Part shown: piece by piece, positions 15,520 to 20,000 of the stretch
Layout of the letters: each line of letters opens with the position of its first letter
Numbering within the stretch: position 1 is the first letter of the stretch
Virus record (IMG/VR): IMGVR_UViG_2888703769_000002
Strand: one strand, 5' to 3'
Origin: an uncultured virus (IMG/VR IMGVR_UViG_2888703769_000002)
Lineage: Duplodnaviria; Heunggongvirae; Uroviricota; Caudoviricetes
Length of the DNA: 20,000 bases
Made by a program: the position numbers and the translations under genes
Notes under the pieces: generated by a model
The model's database searches: none
Seen by the model: only the letters and a program-made list of their open reading frames with translations
Told to the model about the DNA's origin: nothing

Positions 15520-15742
15520 TTTCGTTATTTAATAAGACATAGCAATCGTTCGCTTTCGCTCACTCTTGCAGATAATATTTATCGCGATAAGATTCTATTA
15601 ATTAATAAGTATCTGCGCGAAAGGTTTTTAATTGAGCGCTATTATTTATCTAGTTATTAATGGCTCTAGTTAAAAGATGGTTCTAGTTAGTGTAAAGTCG
15701 AGCCGTGTATGGGTCCGCCGTGTATGGCTCGGCGTCACATGG
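15520..15742. other. Probable phage origin of replication (iterons plus AT-rich region)
   Basis: Directly after the initiator gene. Minus-strand 15-bp-period repeats CCATGTGACGCCGAG / CCATACACGGCGGAC / CCATACACGGCTCGA, three AACTAGA copies, an AT-rich tract and the palindrome TTATCGCGATAA (15579-15590). Confidence 0.65.
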
Positions 15743-16162
15743 CTACGTAAGCTCCTCCGTATCTCCATCGAATATCGCGAGCTGGCTGATCGGCATGATC
15801 GTATATCTTGCGTTATCCCATCGCTGCGTCTTCGGGTCCCGCGCCTTCTGCTTTACGACTAACGGCCGCTCTTGCCACCGATATTCGCACAGCGCTTTGA
15901 TCCGCCTGTTCGCCGCAGCCCGACTGAGATTTAGCGCGCTGGCTATCTGATCTTGCGTCGGGTAACATTCGCCATTAGCGTTCATGAACGAAGACAGTAC
16001 GCAAAGAGTCTGCCAACGCTCCGCCCCGATATCCGCTATAAGGCCTTTCTTGACGGCGTCGACGTACATCTTAACGAAGATGCGCGTTTCGGCCTTGCCG
16101 GACGTGACGTTGTATTCCGATTGAGATTCGACGGATACGAGACGCTGATGTTCGTCGGTCAT
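15743..16162 (-). CDS. HTH_36-type phage replication initiator (short form)
   Basis: LCVLSSFMNANGECYPTQDQIASALNLSRAAANRRIKAL...NARYTI is the winged HTH of phage replication organisers. Iteron-like repeats follow. Confidence 0.75.
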   Translation of the reverse strand: MTDEHQRLVSVESQSEYNVTSGKAETRIFVKMYVDAVKKGLIADIGAERWQTLCVLSSFMNANGECYPTQDQIASALNLSRAAANRRIKALCEYRWQERPLVVKQKARDPKTQRWDNARYTIMPISQLAIFDGDTEELT

Positions 16163-16177
16163 TCGTAATCACCCCGT

Positions 16178-16627
16178 CTAGGATATTCTCTGCAGCGAAA
16201 ACAGTTTTTCTATGGCAGCTTTAATATCTGTAAAATCATTGAACAACCTCTCAGCATACCCGTTTCTGCATTTTCGCTTTTCAAAACGGAAAGTTATTTC
16301 TCGACTGACTTCGCCCGCAGGATAATAGGCTACCCTTCTCGTTTCCGGATCTGTAATCGCAAAAATGTCTACATCGTCTTTTGTATAGTGCAGTTTTTTA
16401 TATGGGTTACGTGGGCTTGCTGATTTTCTAATGTCCGCTACTAGAACCTTGTCATCTTTCCGCTTTCCTGTTTTAACCTGTATTTTGAAATTTTCGTTCC
16501 CAATTTGCGCAACCAAATCGTACTCTAAATCTGGCTGGCTTGGATTTAAAACGACAATCCCTTGGAAAAGAAGATCTGATTCAACTAGTCTTTCTGATGC
16601 GTACCCGATCATTCCTCTGCTATTCAT
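16178..16627 (-). CDS. PD-(D/E)XK endonuclease, PDDEXK_5 / I-Ssp6803I-like
   Basis: GYASE..V...L..G..V..P.....YDLV.......KIQVKT...YTKDDVDIFA. Confidence 0.8.
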   Translation of the reverse strand: MNSRGMIGYASERLVESDLLFQGIVVLNPSQPDLEYDLVAQIGNENFKIQVKTGKRKDDKVLVADIRKSASPRNPYKKLHYTKDDVDIFAITDPETRRVAYYPAGEVSREITFRFEKRKCRNGYAERLFNDFTDIKAAIEKLFSLQRIS

Positions 16628-17076
16628 GCGGATATCTCCTTCGATACACTTCGTATAATCTGTGGAAGCTCTCGATAATCATCAAAGAACAGCCGACCAT
16701 TTTCTCCAACGAATCCGTTTTTGCAGGGTGTATCTGTGTATCTCAACGTAATGCTTCGTTTGTGTGTAATACTCCGCCAATCAATATACGCGATCTTATT
16801 TGTTGCGAAATCATATAACGCTAAAACATCGAAATCGTCTTTTGTGTAGAAACGACAGGCTGCACTTGATCGCGTTAGATCGAATTTAACTTTTTCGAGG
16901 TCTTCGGAGCGAGCACTTTTCACTTGAATGCGCACAAGATTTCCGTTTTGAATTACCGCAATATCACACTCCGTATTGTCTATCTCCGGTTCAAATGGTA
17001 CGTAATTCTTCATAAGTAAATCACCCTTTACGAAAAGTTCGGCTGCGGCTCCGTTGATTCTCATTTGTGGTAACAT
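16624..17076 (-). CDS. PD-(D/E)XK endonuclease, PDDEXK_5 / I-Ssp6803I-like
   Basis: GAAAE..V...L....PF.P......CDIA.......RIQVKS...YTKDDFDVLALY. SD GAGGAG. Confidence 0.8.
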   Translation of the reverse strand: MLPQMRINGAAAELFVKGDLLMKNYVPFEPEIDNTECDIAVIQNGNLVRIQVKSARSEDLEKVKFDLTRSSAACRFYTKDDFDVLALYDFATNKIAYIDWRSITHKRSITLRYTDTPCKNGFVGENGRLFFDDYRELPQIIRSVSKEISA

Positions 17077-17129
17077 TCGAATTCCTCCTCTGTGTGTGTG
17101 TCGCTATCTCCCCGGCTTAACATCTGTTT

Positions 17130-17175
17130 GCCTTACACTTCTATAACGGGTAGGCTACCATCAATTTTGCGACAT
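17130..17175 (-). promoter_or_regulatory. 46-bp conserved element, copy 2; putative phage-sigma promoter of the replication operon
   Basis: Minus strand ATGTCGCAAAAT-N8-GCCTACCCGTTATAGAAGTGTAAGGC, matching 5577-5622. It lies between the int terminator and the first operon gene. Confidence 0.7.
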
Positions 17176-17234
17176 GTATTACGAAACTTTTTCGTCCGTC
17201 ATTTATAACTGCGAATCCTCTCCGGAAAATGGAC

Positions 17235-17265
17235 AAAAAAATAACCCCGCCTAAAAGACGAGGTT
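17235..17265 (-). terminator. Rho-independent terminator of the integrase gene
   Basis: AACCUCGUCU-UUU-AGGCGGGGUU followed by AUUUUUUU. It pairs fully, using G-U pairs, only on the minus strand. Confidence 0.8.
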
Positions 17266-18223
17266 AAAATAACTTTTCTACTGGACTGAATTTTTTATGC
17301 GCATCCATAACATCCCTGCTGAAAAGATTCACGTAATTCCGAACCATATCAAGACTTGAATGCCCAAGTACGGCTTGAAGTGCGAATACATCTGCGCCGT
17401 TTTGAACAGACATCTTTGCAAAGGTGTGTCGGAATGTATGTGGAGAACACCGAACATTCTTAATATTTGCCATACGGCCATACTTAGAAAGTCGATTCTG
17501 AACCTGTCGTGTTGTTAGTGGGGTATTGTCTATCGTAACAAATAAAGCGTCATTTGGTACATCTCCGCGTATCTGAACGTACTTTCTTAGCCGTGTTTTA
17601 ACAGTCGATTGAATCGGTACGAGACGTTCTTTATAACCCTTCCCATTAATCAATATTTGCGAATCCTCCCAACGGATATCTTTGACGCTTATATCAGTCA
17701 GTTCTCGTACACGCACACCAGTTTCGATGAGTAATAACATGATTGTATAATCACGAAAGCCTGTAAACGTTCCCTGATCCGGTTGCCGTAGAATATCTCG
17801 AAGTTGCTCACGGCTGAACGTCTCAATTACCTCTTTCTTCTGTTTAACCAACGAAAGTTCTTTCGCAGGATTATCGCCTATCATACGGTTCTTTTCGAGG
17901 AAATTAAAGAACGCCCTAATAGCGCGAAGCCTCGTATTGATCGAGGTCTCTTTCCTTCCTAGTTTATCCATCATGTACACAATAACGTTCTCTTTCAATA
18001 TCGGTAGCGTTATTTTTTCAGGTCTAGTCGATACGCCCTGCTGCTCGAGCATCGAGCGAAATGACAGTAGTTCGTTCCGGTAATACTTAAGCGTATGTTC
18101 CGAAAGATTCTTAATTTTACATTCTCGTATGAATGCGTTGTATGCCGTTTCAAAATCGGTTAGTTCAATTTCGGGCTTGTCCGTCTCCGGGACTGCCGCT
18201 ATTATATTTGACCGCCTAGCCAA
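17264..18223 (-). CDS. int: Tyrosine recombinase (prophage integrase)
   Basis: Catalytic residues R (GVRVRE), K (GKG), HTFRH, LGH and Y (VRNY), plus a SAM-like domain. TTG 18223 is 8 nt from GGAGG, whereas ATG 18229 is too close. Adjacent to the broken tRNA. Confidence 0.93.
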   Translation of the reverse strand: MARRSNIIAAVPETDKPEIELTDFETAYNAFIRECKIKNLSEHTLKYYRNELLSFRSMLEQQGVSTRPEKITLPILKENVIVYMMDKLGRKETSINTRLRAIRAFFNFLEKNRMIGDNPAKELSLVKQKKEVIETFSREQLRDILRQPDQGTFTGFRDYTIMLLLIETGVRVRELTDISVKDIRWEDSQILINGKGYKERLVPIQSTVKTRLRKYVQIRGDVPNDALFVTIDNTPLTTRQVQNRLSKYGRMANIKNVRCSPHTFRHTFAKMSVQNGADVFALQAVLGHSSLDMVRNYVNLFSRDVMDAHKKFSPVEKLF

Positions 18224-18276
18224 CCGCATCGCCTCCGTTTTGTGTTAAATAAACGTAATCGTACGAATGCGAACGC

Positions 18277-18305
18277 AAAAAAGCCACCTACATTGCGTAG
18301 ATCGC
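18277..18305 (-). terminator. Imperfect terminator between the att site and int
   Basis: GCGAUCUACG-CAA-UGUAGGUGGC (one mismatch) followed by UUUUUU. Confidence 0.55.
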
Positions 18306-18344
18306 CCGTCATATTAGCGTTTATGTCACCGGAATGTATCCGCG

Positions 18345-18385
18345 GATTTTGAGTCGTGCGCGTCTGCCAATTCCGCCACACCGGC
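18345..18385 (-). pseudogene. 5' fragment of tRNA-Leu(CAA) at the prophage attachment junction
   Basis: GCCGGTGTGGCGGAATTGGCAGACGCGCACGACTCAAAATC is followed by non-tRNA sequence (CGCGGATAC...). The anticodon stem cannot close, and there is no T-arm or acceptor 3' strand. Confidence 0.88.
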
Positions 18386-18415
18386 ATGTAATGTCGTGTT
18401 CAACCGACGTATATA

Positions 18416-18444
18416 AATATAACATGCATTTTATAAAGTGTCAA
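18416..18444 (-). promoter_or_regulatory. Host sigma-A promoter of the tRNA-Leu(CAA) gene
   Basis: TTGACA, a 17-bp spacer and TATATT, with an extended TG. Confidence 0.8.
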
Positions 18445-18627
18445 CGGTTTTAGTAAAGTTTTTTTGATGGTAATGCTGTATACACACGAAATAAGGAGAT
18501 ACCTATATTTATAGTCTTTACGTTTTTATTATAAAAAAAGTGATCTGCAATATGCAAATCACTCTCATATGTGTTTTATAATGTGAAGTTTGATGACCAA
18601 TTTAACATGATTCGTCCAAAGTTAAAT

Positions 18628-18716
18628 TGGTGCCGAGGGCCGGACTTGAACCGGCACGGTAGTCACCTACCGCAGGATTTTAAGTCCTGTGTGTCTGCCA
18701 ATTCCACCACCCCGGC
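18628..18716 (-). tRNA. tRNA-Leu(UAA)
   Basis: Cloverleaf with anticodon loop CUUAAAA, a long variable arm and encoded CCA. Confidence 0.95.
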
Positions 18717-18723
18717 AAAAGAA

Positions 18724-18794
<71 letters not shown>

Positions 18795-18800
18795 GTAATT

Positions 18801-18875
18801 TGGAGCGGAAGACGGGATTCGAACCCGCGACCCCCACCTTGGCAAGGTGATGTTCTACCACTGAACTACTTCCGC
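18801..18875 (-). tRNA. tRNA-Gly(GCC)
   Basis: GCGGAAGTAG...TTGCCAA...CCA. Confidence 0.95.
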
Positions 18876-18925
18876 AGTATACACAAGAACTCAATACATC
18901 TTATGCAGTTATTTAAAAAATGCAA

Positions 18926-18997
18926 CTGGGCTAGCTGGATTCGAACCAACGCATGACGGAGTCAAAGTCCGTTGCCTTACCGCTTGGCTATAGCCCA
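18926..18997 (-). tRNA. tRNA-Gln(UUG)
   Basis: TGGGCTATAGCC...CTTTGAC...; no encoded CCA. Confidence 0.95.
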
Positions 18998-19006
18998 ATG
19001 ATAATA

Positions 19007-19083
19007 TGGGGCGATTGATGGGAATCGAACCCACGAGTGCCAGAGCCACAATCTGGTGCGTTAACCACTTCGCCACAACCGCC
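19007..19083 (-). tRNA. tRNA-His(GUG), including G-1
   Basis: GGCGGTTGTGG...TTGTGGC...CCA. Confidence 0.95.
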
Positions 19084-19111
19084 ATAATCTGAAGATGAGT
19101 AAAAAATATAG

Positions 19112-19185
19112 TGGCAGGGGCAGTAGGAATCGAACCCACACCGGAGGTTTTGGAGACCTCTGTTCTACCGTTAAACTATGCCCCT
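19112..19185 (-). tRNA. tRNA-Trp(CCA)
   Basis: AGGGGCATAG...CTCCAAA...CCA. Confidence 0.95.
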
Positions 19186-19195
19186 ATTGATAAGA

Positions 19196-19280
19196 TGGTG
19201 GAGGGGGGCAGATTCGAACTGCCGAACCCTGAGGGAGCGGATTTACAGTCCGCCGCGTTTAGCCACTTCGCTACCCCTCC
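19196..19280 (-). tRNA. tRNA-Tyr(GUA)
   Basis: GGAGGGGTAGCG...CTGTAAA...CCA. Confidence 0.95.
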
Positions 19281-19291
19281 ATCATTTAGAG

Positions 19292-19364
<73 letters not shown>

Positions 19365-19367
19365 AAA

Positions 19368-19443
<76 letters not shown>

Positions 19444-19455
19444 TTTTTTTATAAA

Positions 19456-19532
19456 TGGCGGTCCGGACGGGACTCGAACCCGCGACCTCCTGCGTGACAG
19501 GCAGGCATTCTAACCAACTGAACTACCGGACC
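19456..19532 (-). tRNA. tRNA-Asp(GUC)
   Basis: GGTCCGGTAG...CTGTCAC...CCA. Confidence 0.95.
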
Positions 19533-19542
19533 ATTTTTATTT

Positions 19543-19620
<78 letters not shown>

Positions 19621-19627
19621 ATGATAA

Positions 19628-19703
19628 TGGTGGAGGATGACGGGCTCGAACCGCCGACCCTCTGCTTGTAAGGCAGATGCTCTCCCAGCTGAGCTAATCC
19701 TCC
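19628..19703 (-). tRNA. tRNA-Val(UAC)
   Basis: GGAGGATTAGC...CTTACAA...CCA. Confidence 0.95.
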
Positions 19704-19713
19704 ATCATATAAG

Positions 19714-19785
19714 TGACCCGTACGGGATTCGAACCCGTGTTACCGCCGTGAAAGGGCGGTGTCTTAACCGCTTGACCAACGGGCC
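19714..19785 (-). tRNA. tRNA-Glu(UUC)
   Basis: GGCCCGTTGG...CTTTCAC...; no encoded CCA. Confidence 0.95.
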
Positions 19786-19820
19786 CTGGTATTTTTCATT
19801 TGTTATGTATTAATAATTAG

Positions 19821-19911
19821 TGGCGGAGAGCAAGGGATTCGAACCCTTGAGACGGGGTTACCGCCTACACGATTTCCAATCGTGCTCCTTCGGCCACTCG
19901 GACAGCTCTCC
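19821..19911 (-). tRNA. tRNA-Ser(GGA)
   Basis: GGAGAGCTG...TTGGAAA..., a long variable arm and CCA. Confidence 0.95.
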
Positions 19912-19916
19912 ATAAA

Positions 19917-19991
19917 TGGCTCCGCAGGTAGGATTCGAACCTACGACCGATCGGTTAACAGCCGATAGCTCTACCACTGAGCTACTGCGGA
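19917..19991 (-). tRNA. tRNA-Asn(GUU)
   Basis: TCCGCAGTAGC...CTGTTAA...CCA. Confidence 0.95.
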
Positions 19992-20000
19992 ATGAAGTCT

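Larger units (their letters stand above)
1..18345 (-). mobile_element. Temperate Bacillus prophage, integrase end, inserted in tRNA-Leu(CAA); continues beyond position 1
   Basis: Integrase next to a truncated tRNA, followed by densely packed phage replication and regulatory genes. Confidence 0.92.

Noticed and set aside
15650..15742. CRISPR-like mini-array
   Set aside because: The repeats are short, degenerate and nearly contiguous with no spacers, which fits iterons.
15602..15745. Genome-wide TAG recoding
   Set aside because: Several other phage genes end normally at TAG (7693, 8823, 11484, 15181, 16178), and no suppressor tRNA is present in the window.
17091..17101. (TG)n run upstream of the first nuclease SD
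   Set aside because: It is only about 5 units and lies outside coding sequence and promoter spacers, so phase variation is unsupported.
18240..18345. Group I intron in tRNA-Leu
   Set aside because: No intron core is recognisable, the break lies 3' of the anticodon loop, and an integrase follows directly.

Overview
This window is the integrase-proximal ~18.3 kb of a temperate Bacillus prophage (1..~18345) joined to a host tRNA cluster (18628..19991). The tRNA order matches the B. subtilis-group trnD operon. The prophage interrupts the terminal tRNA-Leu(CAA) just after its anticodon loop, so only the 5' 41 nt remain at this junction. Almost all phage genes are on the minus strand: tyrosine integrase, two tandem PD-(D/E)XK nucleases, a short HTH replication initiator with a probable origin, small accessory genes, DnaC-like loader, HNH nuclease, DnaB-like helicase, primase, gp32-like SSB, a third PD-(D/E)XK nuclease and a partial family A DNA polymerase. 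The most notable element is an arbitrium locus inside the replication region. It has an AimR-like receptor, an unannotated 42-aa AimP pre-peptide ending in ELRPGG, a terminator and a candidate AimR operator. The aimX position holds a sigma-factor-like gene, and its upstream 46-bp element recurs upstream of the replication operon. This suggests an AimR -> phage sigma factor -> lytic operon cascade. All family assignments rest on motif recognition by eye; no database searches were run.
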